Below are positions 19,243 to 28,175 of a DNA stretch of 64,000 nt, piece after piece; within the stretch, counting starts at the first letter, position 1; every line of letters begins with the position of its first letter. Under the pieces are notes generated by a model. That model was given only the letters and a program-made list of their open reading frames with translations. It had not been told where the DNA came from and did not search any database. The translations under genes and the position numbers were made by a program. Source of the DNA: Nitrosopumilaceae archaeon (GTDB taxonomy: Archaea > Thermoproteota > Nitrososphaeria > Nitrososphaerales > Nitrosopumilaceae); the NCBI GenBank assembly GCA_965203465.1, contig CBDBCR010000003.1, positions 512,001 to 576,000 on the forward strand, in the 5' to 3' direction.

Positions 19243-20471
19243 CCGCCGCGTGAACCTGGCCTCCAGACACACCAAAACCGGCGGTAGTCAGGATCTGGCC
19301 GCGGCCGCGGGGGCCCGGATCGCGTTGGGGTTTCGATCCGCTGCGCGCGGCCCGCCGCGCGAGAGACCCGAGGATTGCGCGCGACTTTGGGCAGAACGCC
19401 GGATCGCGCGCTTGATCTGGATCGAGCCTCGGCGCGCCGGCGTGTTTCCGGCCGAGCTGTTTGGGCCAAAGCTGCCGGGCCTAGCTGCGCCCTCCGGCCG
19501 GACGCTATCTTTTCGGCCAGCGCGAGCGCCCGGCCCCGCGTCAGCGAATACATCATGCCGCGCGCGCCCACAAAGTTGCAGTTCGCGGCGGCCAGCGCGG
19601 AGCCGAACCGCAGCGCCGACTCGATGCCGCGCCGGGCCGGAATAGCGGACGAGCCGCCGAACATGCGGTGGATCAGGCCGGCCGACAGCCAGTCGCCCGA
19701 CCCGGCCGCATCCGCCAAGCCGCGGACGGGAAAGGCCCGCATGCGCGCCCAGCCGGCCCCGCGCGTCCTGTACCGCAGCCCGTCGGCTCCCAGCGTCTGT
19801 ACCTCCAGCGGGGCCCGCGGGCCGGCGGCCACGCCGCAGCTCTTGACGACATCGGCCGCCCGCAGGCACCTTTCGAAGACGGCGCCGCCGGAGGGCTTGT
19901 GGGGCTCGAAGAACACGGCCGCCCCGCCGGCCTTCATGCGCATGGCCATCCTCAGCGCGCCCCGGTCCGCCCGGTCAAAGTAAAACACGCCGGCGGCCGG
20001 CAGCCGGGCCAGCGCCTCGCCGGCCGCCCGGAGTGTGTACGGCCTCCTGCGGGGGAGCCGGCGGCCGTGGGCGCACGTGAAACTGAACCCGTGCGCCCGG
20101 CCCCCTCCCGGTGCCCGCTCTATGATGCGCGGGGTGTCCAGCCCGGCCTCGGTCCGCACGAACTCGGCGCGCACGCCCCACGACTCCATGTCCTCGATCA
20201 CGCGCCTGCCCTCCGGATCGCGCCCGAGCCGGGCCGCCGGGTACGAATCCCACCCCAAGTACGACAGTATCGTGAGCACGTTGGCGCACGAGCCGCCCGC
20301 CAAAAACTCGGGGCCCGCGTCGCGCGCGCCGTAAATCGCGTCGAGCACCACCAGTCCGGCCCCGACGCACGCGGGCCTGGCCGCGCGGCTCACGGCGCCC
20401 GGGCCACACCGCGTACGGGGCGCGCTTTTCGGCCGGGCCGCGCGCGATCGGGGCCTCCGGGCCGCGGACAT
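18549..20471 (-). CDS. PfkB-family carbohydrate kinase (domain ends ~19500; the frame reads on antisense into the IS)
   Basis: VGAGLVVLDAIY, AGGSCANVLTILSYLGW, VFFEP, VQTLGADGL and DAAGSGDW (PfkB signature). The first stop is at 18549, inside the opposite-strand transposase, so the true 3' end is uncertain. Confidence 0.75.
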   Translation of the reverse strand: MSAARRPRSRAARPKSAPRTRCGPGAVSRAARPACVGAGLVVLDAIYGARDAGPEFLAGGSCANVLTILSYLGWDSYPAARLGRDPEGRRVIEDMESWGVRAEFVRTEAGLDTPRIIERAPGGGRAHGFSFTCAHGRRLPRRRPYTLRAAGEALARLPAAGVFYFDRADRGALRMAMRMKAGGAAVFFEPHKPSGGAVFERCLRAADVVKSCGVAAGPRAPLEVQTLGADGLRYRTRGAGWARMRAFPVRGLADAAGSGDWLSAGLIHRMFGGSSAIPARRGIESALRFGSALAAANCNFVGARGMMYSLTRGRALALAEKIASGRRAQLGPAALAQTARPETRRRAEARSRSSARSGVLPKVARNPRVSRAAGRAQRIETPTRSGPPRPRPDPDYRRFWCVWRPGSRGGYSAAHRIRFSAHTFHAMASSRPNLSCVSFFLYLHSRRWLSLPSAPNIPSIILRSSWRTGSNISAALRLNRLPALRLLPPFSLLFLRSMLGRMPVPKTASQFRSESCPLSAWNHQPAKLRPGFFDFSRSGRSMSVSAALLGVMAHARITCSPTAAKTCHFRYDFTRTTVSLPVFLFSLTLSSYLSVSDPVLSAAESCLSTPACFRHASAVRATIFSSHSASRSPCALETVE

Positions 20472-20491
20472 CGCCGGCCCCGGCGCGCCGG

Positions 20492-22140
20492 TCACCGCCC
20501 CGGGCCGCGCGCCCCGGCCGGATCCCTTTCCAGCTTTACGAATCCGTCGCGCGCCCCAAACCACCCCATGTAGTGCAGCGTCCCGGCCGCGCCGCGCTTT
20601 CCGGCCGGGAGCAGGTTCCAGCACCTGGACGGATCCCCGGACGCCTCGTCGACGCTCAAAGAGTACTCTGCCCCGAGCAGCTCGCCCTCGCCGGGCCGCC
20701 CGCCCCCGATGCACAGGATCGTGCGGCCCGCGGGCAGCCGCTCCCCGATGAGGCCTAGCAGGGAGCCGGGCGCGCCCGGATCCGCAGCGCGGTCCGAAAG
20801 GCTGCCCGTCCCGGCGCCGTCGCGGTACCCGACCAGCACGCCCGCGCGGCACCTGCCGGGGAGCAGCCTTGCCAGCTGCGCGCGGGCCTGGTCCCCCCGG
20901 CCGGTAGCCACCCCAACGGACACCCCGCGCCCGACCAGCCCCGCCAGCATGGAGCCGATCTCGGGGGCGGGCCCCTCGGGCCGCCGGTCGTCGTCGCAGA
21001 GCGCCCCGTAGCTGAATACCACCGCCCCGAACTCCTGCCGGAGCATCCTGGAGACGAACCGGCGGAGCGAATTTTGGCGCGATTTGGCTCTGGGCACGGC
21101 GCTGCCGAACTTGCGGCGCAGCGCCAGCCTCTCAAAGTCTGACAGGCCGTCCTCGCACAAGTTCGGCACGCCGATGCCGTAGAGCCGGCGCCCAAAGTCC
21201 CTGACGCCGGGCCGGCCCGGATCTATCCCGCGCTCGGCGCCGAAAAACTCCACCAGGCGGAACACCTGCAGGGTCAGGTCTATGGCCGCCGCCGGGCCGT
21301 CCAGGCCCGTCTCCAGGCGGACGACCGGCACGCCGGCCGGGAGCAGTCCCAGCGTCCTGTCAGCCAGCCCGAGGCACCGCGGCGTGATCATCGCCACGAC
21401 GCAGGTCTCGCCCGAAGCCTTGTCCAGCCAGTTGTGCCTGCCGTGGGCAAAGTTGCAATAGTCCGAAAGCTGGACGTTGGCCAGGCCGGCTTCGGACATT
21501 TTTGATTCGGCGTCGACCGCGGCCGCCTTGCCCCAGTCGTCGTGCAGCACGAGCAGCGTCCTTTTGCCGCGCGCCCCTTCGAACGCGCCGGGCCCGCTGG
21601 GGGACAGCCTCTCGAACTTGGGGATCTCGTACGGTAGCGAGAGCCCCTCGACGTACGCGCGGGACAGCCAGAGCATCGCGGCTACCAGCGAGTTGGTCGC
21701 AAGAAACCCGTCCCTGCCGGAGGGCGGGCGCGCGGCGTGGACCAGCGCGTTGCCGGCGCCGGCGGCCCTGCCGGCCAGCCTGCTCCCGGGGCTCGTAGAT
21801 ACTATGCCGATCAGCGGCGCGCACGCGGCCGCCCTGTCGAAGGAGGCCAGTATGTCCCTGTTGCTGCCGCCGGCCGTGACCAGGGCCACGCAGGCCTCGC
21901 CGTCGAGGCGCGGCTGCCAGACGAACTCCAGCGGCGTCATGCACCTGGACATCCTGCCCCCTGCTGGTGCAGCGCCGAGGCGAGCGTCGCGGCGGTGAAG
22001 GAACCGCCGGAGCCGACCGCATACAGCGGGCGCCCCGCGCATTTTCGCACCAGCTCCGCGAGATCGCCCATCGGGGCGCGGCTTGCCCACGCGTACGTCA
22101 GGGGCACCGTGTCCAGTTCTTTAGAGTACGGCCTGCCCAT
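20492..22140 (-). pseudogene. SIS (sugar isomerase) + degenerate HAD fusion, split by a frameshift at a G5 run (21957-21961)
   Basis: MGRPYSKEL..AVGSGGSFTAA in one frame; RMSRCMTPLEF..TAGGSNRDI..DGFLATNSL..ESKMSEAGL..NFAHGRHNWL..GIDPGRPGV in the next; HAD-like tail with VATGRG. Confidence 0.75.
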
Positions 22141-22613
22141 GCCCGGGTGCCCCGGGCGCGCAAATAAAGAGATAACCTCGGGGGCCGGCGGCCGCGCGGC
22201 GAAACGGCGGATCGGCCAGGCTGCGGCTGGAAAACGGCCCCCGTTCGCGGCGCGCGCAAAAAAAGGCAGGCGCGGATCGCAGGGACGCCTCTGCCGCGCG
22301 GGCGGCGCATAACGGGCGGCACGGAGCCGGATTCGGCGCAAGCCTGACGCGCCCGCTGCCCGGCGCGGGACGGACTGCGCCGCCCGACCGGTCCGGCCGC
22401 GCCGATGCGCGCCCTCGCGCGCTGCCGGGCGCGCCGCCAATCCGGCGACCTGGACTATACAAAAAAGATCGGCGCTCGCCCCCGGCGCGCAGGCGCCCGA
22501 CCATGACCAAGTTCTGCGCGCAAATCCAGTTTTGCCGACCGCTAACCCGCACGCGGAATCCGGTTGCCTGCCGCAGTTGGGCGTGGCGCGCAGTCTCGTC
22601 TTTGGGGGCCGGC

Positions 22614-22883
22614 CTAGTCTTTGCGGTAGACTGCCTTGTGATCGCCGACGCACATCAGGATTATCTCTAGCCGTTCATTCTCAACCCTGTAGATCAGTCT
22701 GTCTGACCGGCCGATTTCGTACGCGAACGCCTCTACCGTATTTTTGTAGCGGCCCATGTCTGTTGGGTCGTCTGAAGCCAGAAGATCCTTGATCGCAAGA
22801 TCTACCCTAGCTTGCCGTAGATGGCCCATATTTTTGTACTGGCGCGTGAACAAGGACTTTTCTACAATCTTCCACTTGCCCAT
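22614..22883 (-). CDS. RelE/ParE-family toxin
   Basis: FTRQYKNM, YEIGRSDRLIYRV and VGDHKAVY motifs; 89 aa. Confidence 0.8.
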   Translation of the reverse strand: MGKWKIVEKSLFTRQYKNMGHLRQARVDLAIKDLLASDDPTDMGRYKNTVEAFAYEIGRSDRLIYRVENERLEIILMCVGDHKAVYRKD

Positions 22884-22931
22884 CTCGTCTATGGGCACGA
22901 GCAAAGAACGCCTTGCAACGAACCGTGTGCC

Positions 22932-23180
22932 TCACCCTCCTTTCAGGCTCGCCAGCAGATCTTCCACGGACGAATGCGTCTTGTCGTCTGTAGAATTATG
23001 TGACACGATGATGTCTAGCACTTCTTCGGGAACGAGATCGTCCTCGTGCAACAAATGCAGGTAGCGCTCAAAGTCCATCGTGCCGGCGAATTTGGACTTT
23101 AGAAAATACCCCCGTATGACATCCGTCTCGTCGTCCGGAAGGCACATGAACGGATTGTATGCCTGCCGCGTGCCGGACAT
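22932..23180 (-). CDS. Putative antitoxin upstream of RelE
   Basis: Small acidic protein ending SSVEDLLASLK; TATA-like CATATTAAG ~25 nt upstream. Confidence 0.65.
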   Translation of the reverse strand: MSGTRQAYNPFMCLPDDETDVIRGYFLKSKFAGTMDFERYLHLLHEDDLVPEEVLDIIVSHNSTDDKTHSSVEDLLASLKGG

Positions 23181-23348
23181 CGCGGGTTTTCCGCATAGGA
23201 GCTTAATATGCATTACTTTTCGTCGGCATGACGCCGGGCGAGGCGGCCGGCATCACGGTGAACGGGGCCGAGTGGAAGACGCTGATCCAGCACGCAAGCC
23301 GGATGTACGGCAAGTAAGATCCGGCCGGCTGCGCGGCGGCCCGCGCCG

Positions 23349-23696
23349 GTGTCGCTTCGCTCAAAGCCGGATCCGCGCGCGACGGATCCGGGTGTGCCAG
23401 GCACGTCTGTGCGGCCGCCAGACGTGCCAGCGCCGGCGTTCAGGCCGCCAGCACCTGGACAAGAGTACGGTACAGCATTGTTCCGTAATCTTAATAATGC
23501 GCAAAGCCGGCAGGCCCCCGTGGAAGACGCAAGCGTCACGACGCAGGGCGAAGACACAGTGACCATAAGGGCGCGGCCAGTGGAGGCGTGGCAGACCGAC
23601 AGAGCCAACGAGTTCACCATCAAGGTGGTGCTGAGCGCGTCGGACAACGCAAGTGATTTAAAGAGCACGCCGGTAAGGCAGGCCGAAAATGCCTGA
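23349..23696 (+). CDS. Hypothetical protein (start uncertain)
   Basis: C-terminal half is protein-like (DTVTIRARPVEAWQTDRANEFTIKVVLS); overlaps the next gene by 8 nt. Confidence 0.35.
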   Translation: MSLRSKPDPRATDPGVPGTSVRPPDVPAPAFRPPAPGQEYGTALFRNLNNAQSRQAPVEDASVTTQGEDTVTIRARPVEAWQTDRANEFTIKVVLSASDNASDLKSTPVRQAENA

Positions 23697-24135
23697 CGCG
23701 CGGTTTATTGACTTTGAGATAATCAAGGAACCTTGGAACAAGTACCAGATCTCCGACGGTTCGGTCTTGAAGACCCGCATAATACTGACCGAGGTAGAGC
23801 GCGTGATGAAAGGCGACAAGCCCGAGTTCAGCATAAATTCCCGGACGCTGACAGTCCTCAGCGCCGAGCCGTCCCTGAAAGGCGAGCCTAGCACAGAGCG
23901 GCACACATCCCGGGAGATCGCAGAAGCGGTGGAAAGAAAAGACCTGAGGTACGACACGCTGTCCCAGGAATTTAACGAATACGTCCTAGACGACGGGACC
24001 AAGATCAAGATCTACACGAACATCACGAACATCGACAGGACCCGACTGCGCAACGCGAAAGGGGATCCCATATACAGAATCGCGCCGTCGATCCAGATAG
24101 AAATAAAGCCGTCGAGCCGGTACGGCCAGCCGTGA
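23689..24135 (+). CDS. Archaeal hypothetical protein with an internally duplicated beta-domain
   Basis: Two similar halves, EPWNKYQISDGSVLK and QEFNEYVLDDGTKIK. Confidence 0.75.
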   Translation: MPDARFIDFEIIKEPWNKYQISDGSVLKTRIILTEVERVMKGDKPEFSINSRTLTVLSAEPSLKGEPSTERHTSREIAEAVERKDLRYDTLSQEFNEYVLDDGTKIKIYTNITNIDRTRLRNAKGDPIYRIAPSIQIEIKPSSRYGQP

Positions 24136-24568
24136 GCTCGGCGGGTTCGCATTTTCCGCGGCTTGGACTGTCAGCCTGCCGCGTTCGCCCTGGTGGAGCC
24201 TGCGCCTTTCGGGCGGCGCGCACACGTTCCGGGCCCCGCCGGTCAAGGCGCCGATCCAGGACTGGGCGCCGGGCCTCTTCCGTCCCTGTTGCCGGCCGTC
24301 GATTCGGTCCCGTTCGTCTCTGCTGACGGCCGGCTGCGCGGCGGCCCGGCGGCGCGAAAACCGGCCGCGCGGACGCGCGTTTTGTCCGCGACAACGGCAT
24401 GTGGCCGGGGACCCGCGGATCCTCGGGGGCCGGATCCGGCAGCGCCGGCGCAAAAACACCCGATCGCTGAGGACGGACACCCCGGGCATCGGGCCCCAGC
24501 TCGCGAGGATTTGTCGGAATCCTGCCAACCGCGCAAGGTCTATTACCCGCCCGGGCGCGGCGCGCCCC

Positions 24569-25024
24569 GTGCTACAAGAGGGCGGCCCCGTCCCGCCGTT
24601 CGAGGCGCCCGACCAGGACGGCGTCGCCAGAAAGGGATCCGACTACGCGGGCAGGAGGCACGTGATCTACTTTTACCCGAAGGACTTTACGCCCGGCTGC
24701 ACGACGGAGGCCGACGAATTCTCGGCAGAGTACGCAAAGTTCAAGCGCGCGGGCGTCTCCATAATCGGGGTCAGCCCCGACCCGCCCGACTCCCACAAGA
24801 GGTTCTGCGCGAAGACGGGCGCAAAGTACGCCCTGCTCTCGGATCCGGAAAAAAAGATGGCCAAGGCGTTCGGAGCCTGGGGCAGGAAGAAGTTCATGGG
24901 AAAAGAGTACGACGGCGTCATCCGGAGCACGTTCCTGGTGGACGAAAAGGGCACCGTCTTCAAGGCGTTCCGCAGCGTGAGGCCGAGGGGGCACGCCCTG
25001 CAGGTCCTGCAGGAGTTCAAGTAA
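24569..25024 (+). CDS. bcp: Peroxiredoxin, BCP/PrxQ family
   Basis: [15 protein letters not shown] and [10 protein letters not shown] motifs; GTG start at 24569. Confidence 0.92.
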   Translation: MLQEGGPVPPFEAPDQDGVARKGSDYAGRRHVIYFYPKDFTPGCTTEADEFSAEYAKFKRAGVSIIGVSPDPPDSHKRFCAKTGAKYALLSDPEKKMAKAFGAWGRKKFMGKEYDGVIRSTFLVDEKGTVFKAFRSVRPRGHALQVLQEFK

Positions 25025-25030
25025 AAAATA

Positions 25031-25957
25031 TCAAAAGCCCTTCGGGAGGGTTCCGCGCTGCTTTTTGGGCGCCGGCTTTGGCTCGGGCTTTGCCTCGGGT
25101 TTCGGTTCCGGCTTTTTGGCCTCGAACCCCTTCGGCAGGGCGCCCTTTGGCTTGGGCTTGGCCTCGGGTTTGGGCTCCGGCTTTGGTTCCGGCTTGGGCG
25201 CCGGCTTTGCCTCCGGCTTGGGCTCGGGCTTTTTGGCCTCGAACCCCTTCGGAAGCGTCTGCTTGGGCTCGGGTTTGGGCTCCGGCTTTGGTTCCGGCTT
25301 GGATCCGGCGCTGCCGTTGATCTGCAGGCCGTAGCCTCCGAACGTCTTGTCGGGCGGGTGGTACGCCAGCCTGGACCTGGTAGCAAAGTACTGGTTGGAG
25401 GGCTGCGTGTACCCGGTGACCGCGACCTTTTGCCGGTTCCAGTCCGAAGTGGCGACGGTCCCCACCGGGGCCGTCCTCCTCACAAAGTACCTGTTGGGCG
25501 CCGGCGAATATCCGGTGACCGTGGCGCGGTACTGGTGGAAGTCGGTCATGGGAGCCTCGTAGTAGGCCTGCTCGAGCGCCTCGGCCGTGCTGGACGGGGC
25601 GACCTTGGCCTGCTGCGGCTCCGGTTTCGGCTCGGGCTTGGGCGCCGGCTTTGCCTCGAATCCCTTCGGGAGGGATCCTTTGGGCTTGGCCTCCGGCCTT
25701 GGCTCCGGTTTCGGCTCGGGCTTGGGCGCCGGCTTTGCTTCCGGCTTGGGCTCGGGCTTTTTGGCCTCGAACCCCTTTGGCAGCGTGCCCTTTGGCTTGG
25801 CCGCCGGCTTTGGCTGCGCCTTTGGCTCGGGCTTTTTGGGCTCGTCCACCGCCGATGCCAGATCGGACAGTTTCTTCTCCAGCTCCGCGATCTTTGCCTC
25901 TAGATCCTTCTTTGTCGGTCTCTGCGTCGGTTTCTTTGTCGGCTTCTTTGTAGCCAT
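25031..25957 (-). CDS. Pro/Lys/Glu-rich repeat protein with N-terminal coiled coil and central aromatic-rich domain
   Basis: [16 protein letters not shown]; repeated LPKGFEAK(K)[18 protein letters not shown] units flank ..[25 protein letters not shown].. Confidence 0.85.
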   Translation of the reverse strand: MATKKPTKKPTQRPTKKDLEAKIAELEKKLSDLASAVDEPKKPEPKAQPKPAAKPKGTLPKGFEAKKPEPKPEAKPAPKPEPKPEPRPEAKPKGSLPKGFEAKPAPKPEPKPEPQQAKVAPSSTAEALEQAYYEAPMTDFHQYRATVTGYSPAPNRYFVRRTAPVGTVATSDWNRQKVAVTGYTQPSNQYFATRSRLAYHPPDKTFGGYGLQINGSAGSKPEPKPEPKPEPKQTLPKGFEAKKPEPKPEAKPAPKPEPKPEPKPEAKPKPKGALPKGFEAKKPEPKPEAKPEPKPAPKKQRGTLPKGF

Positions 25958-26002
25958 GCCCCGCCCCCGCGGGCCATGGTTTATTTAGATTGTGATCGGG
26001 CC

Positions 26003-26020
26003 GGTTAGCTCGGCCTAACC
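26003..26020. promoter_or_regulatory. Palindromic GTTAG-N6-CTAAC operator (DtxR/MntR-like) between divergent genes
   Basis: GGTTAG CTCGGC CTAACC; same consensus as the boxes at 49744-49778; lies between two TATA elements (~25980-25987 and 26032-26038). Confidence 0.55.
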
Positions 26021-26063
26021 GCGGGATCAGGTTTTATACAGCGGCCAACAGGGAGCGCCCGGG

Positions 26064-26444
26064 TTGGACGACTTTGAAAAGGACTATCCGGACTTTGACT
26101 GGAAAAACACCCCAGCCTACAAGCACCCCGGCGGCAAGGACTGCCCCTGCCCCAAGCACGAGTACATACGCGAGCAGATAAGCTTCGCAAACCAGGTCAA
26201 CAAGTCCGGCGGCGAGGCCCAAAAGGTGACCCTGCGCTTCTGCCCCGACCACTACCGCGTGTACTCGAAGGAGGTCATACCCGGCATGCCCCTAAAGTAC
26301 CGCGTCATGACAAAGATCGCCATAAAGCTCGGCGCCATAAAGATAGAGCACCTCACCCACATGCAGTCGGACCTGTGCTTTTACTGCAAGTTCGGATCCG
26401 GCGGCTACGGCAGAAAGAGCGAGCTGCCCCCCATAAACCCCTAG
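26064..26444 (+). CDS. Cys/His-containing hypothetical protein (probable metal binding)
   Basis: CPCPKH, CPDH and CFYC motifs; TTTTATA upstream. Confidence 0.8.
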   Translation: MDDFEKDYPDFDWKNTPAYKHPGGKDCPCPKHEYIREQISFANQVNKSGGEAQKVTLRFCPDHYRVYSKEVIPGMPLKYRVMTKIAIKLGAIKIEHLTHMQSDLCFYCKFGSGGYGRKSELPPINP

Positions 26445-26665
26445 GACGGGCTGACGAGCACCTTTGGCCTGTTGGGCGTGTCGTGGTGGCACTTTTTGCC
26501 GCACAGCGGGCAGGTCTTGCGGTCGAGCAGCACGCACTGGCAGACGTGGCTCCTCATGTAGGCCTCGGCGGACCGCGTCCCCTCGCCGGTTCCGTTGCAG
26601 AACGTGCACTGCGAGCCGAGCAGCTCCACCCTGCCCCCGCCCCCGCACACCGCGCACTTTGACAC
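26441..26665 (-). CDS. Small zinc-finger protein (DnaJ-type CxxCxGxG repeats)
   Basis: CAVCGGGG, CTFCNGTG and CQC..CPLCGKKCHH motifs. Confidence 0.8.
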   Translation of the reverse strand: MSKCAVCGGGGRVELLGSQCTFCNGTGEGTRSAEAYMRSHVCQCVLLDRKTCPLCGKKCHHDTPNRPKVLVSPS

Positions 26666-26744
26666 GCGCCGGCCGGCGCGGCGCGCGAATTAAAGTATAG
26701 CAGCTGTCGTGAACCTTTATACAGAATCGCGCGCGAACCGGGCC

Positions 26745-28175
26745 GTGCCCCTCCGCGACCTGCGCGAGACGGCAAAGGCCGTCGAGGACGCCGGCGAGCT
26801 GCGCCGCGTCTCTGCCGAGGCCGACGCCGATCTGGAGATACCCGAGATACTGCGCAGGGTCATGTACTCGGGCGGCCCGGCCGTGCTGTTCGAGAACGTG
26901 AGGGGCCACTCGATGCCGGTGCTCGGGAATCTTTTCGGCTCGGCGCGGCGCATGTCCATAGCCCTGGAGACGGACGACTTTGCGGACATCGGCAGGCGCA
27001 TATCCGGCATGGCCAGCATGGACATGCCGGCCGGCCTGCTCGGCAAGCTGCGCAAGCTGCCCGAGATGTCAAAGATGGCCGACGCGTTCCCAAAGCCGGT
27101 GCGCTCGGGGCCGGTCGCCGAGCTAGTCCAAGAGCCCGACTTTTGCTCCATGCCGGTGCTCAAGACCTGGCCCGGCGACGCCGGAAAATTCATCACGTTC
27201 GGCATGGTGGCCACGCGCCACCCCGAGACCGGCGTGCGCAACCTGGGCGTGTACCGCATGCAGGTGCTCGACGGGCGGCGCGTCATCGTCCACTGGCAGA
27301 GGCACAAGAGGGGCGCGCTGCACGGGCAGCAAAAGGGCGGCAAGATAGAGGCGGCCATCGTGATAGGGGGCGAGCCGGCCTCGGTCTTCGCCGGCGTGGC
27401 GCCGGTCCCGGAGGGCATGGACAAGTACCTGTTCGCCGGCATCGTGCGCAAGTCTGGCATACAGACCGTGCGCTGCAAGACCGTAGACCTGGACGTGCCG
27501 GCGAACGCCGAGATCGTCGTGGAGGGCCACGTGGACACCGAAGACCTGCGCGACGAGGGGCCCTTTGGCGACCACACCGGCTACTATACGCCGGTCGAAA
27601 AGTACCCAGTCTTTACGGCCACCTCGATGATGCGCCGGCGCGAGCCCGTGTACCTGGCCACCGTGGTCGGCAGGCCGGCCCTCGAGGACGCCCACATAGG
27701 CAGGGCCATAGGGAGGTCGTTTTTGCCGCTGCTGCAGATGCTGCAGCCGGAGATAACCGACTACGCCATGCCGGCCTCGGGCTGGTTCCAGGGCATGGCC
27801 GTCGTCTCGATAAAAAAGAGGTACCCGGGCCAGGCCAAAAAGGTCATGATGGGCATGTGGGGGACCGGCCAGCTCTCGCTGACCAAGATAATCGTCGTGG
27901 TGGACTCGGACGTGGACGTGCACAGCGCCTCGGACGTGGTCTGGGCCGTGACCACCCGCGCCGACCCGGTGCGCGACACGCTGCTAGTGCCCGGCGCGCC
28001 GACCGACACGCTGGATCCGGCCTCGCCGCTCGTAGACTACGGCTCCAAGATGGGCATAGACGCGACGCAAAAGACCGCCGGCGAGGGGTACGCGCGGCAG
28101 GTGCAGGAGCCGGTGGCCGCCGACGAAGAGACACGCAAGCTGGTCGACGGCCGCTGGGCCTCGTACGGGCTCTAG
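26745..28175 (+). CDS. ubiD: UbiD-family (menaquinone-pathway) decarboxylase
   Basis: PAVLFENV, RNLGVYRMQV, EGPFGDHTGYY, KIIVVVDSDVD, DTLDPAS and GSKMGIDAT motifs; convergent with mqnC. Confidence 0.92.
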   Translation: MPLRDLRETAKAVEDAGELRRVSAEADADLEIPEILRRVMYSGGPAVLFENVRGHSMPVLGNLFGSARRMSIALETDDFADIGRRISGMASMDMPAGLLGKLRKLPEMSKMADAFPKPVRSGPVAELVQEPDFCSMPVLKTWPGDAGKFITFGMVATRHPETGVRNLGVYRMQVLDGRRVIVHWQRHKRGALHGQQKGGKIEAAIVIGGEPASVFAGVAPVPEGMDKYLFAGIVRKSGIQTVRCKTVDLDVPANAEIVVEGHVDTEDLRDEGPFGDHTGYYTPVEKYPVFTATSMMRRREPVYLATVVGRPALEDAHIGRAIGRSFLPLLQMLQPEITDYAMPASGWFQGMAVVSIKKRYPGQAKKVMMGMWGTGQLSLTKIIVVVDSDVDVHSASDVVWAVTTRADPVRDTLLVPGAPTDTLDPASPLVDYGSKMGIDATQKTAGEGYARQVQEPVAADEETRKLVDGRWASYGL

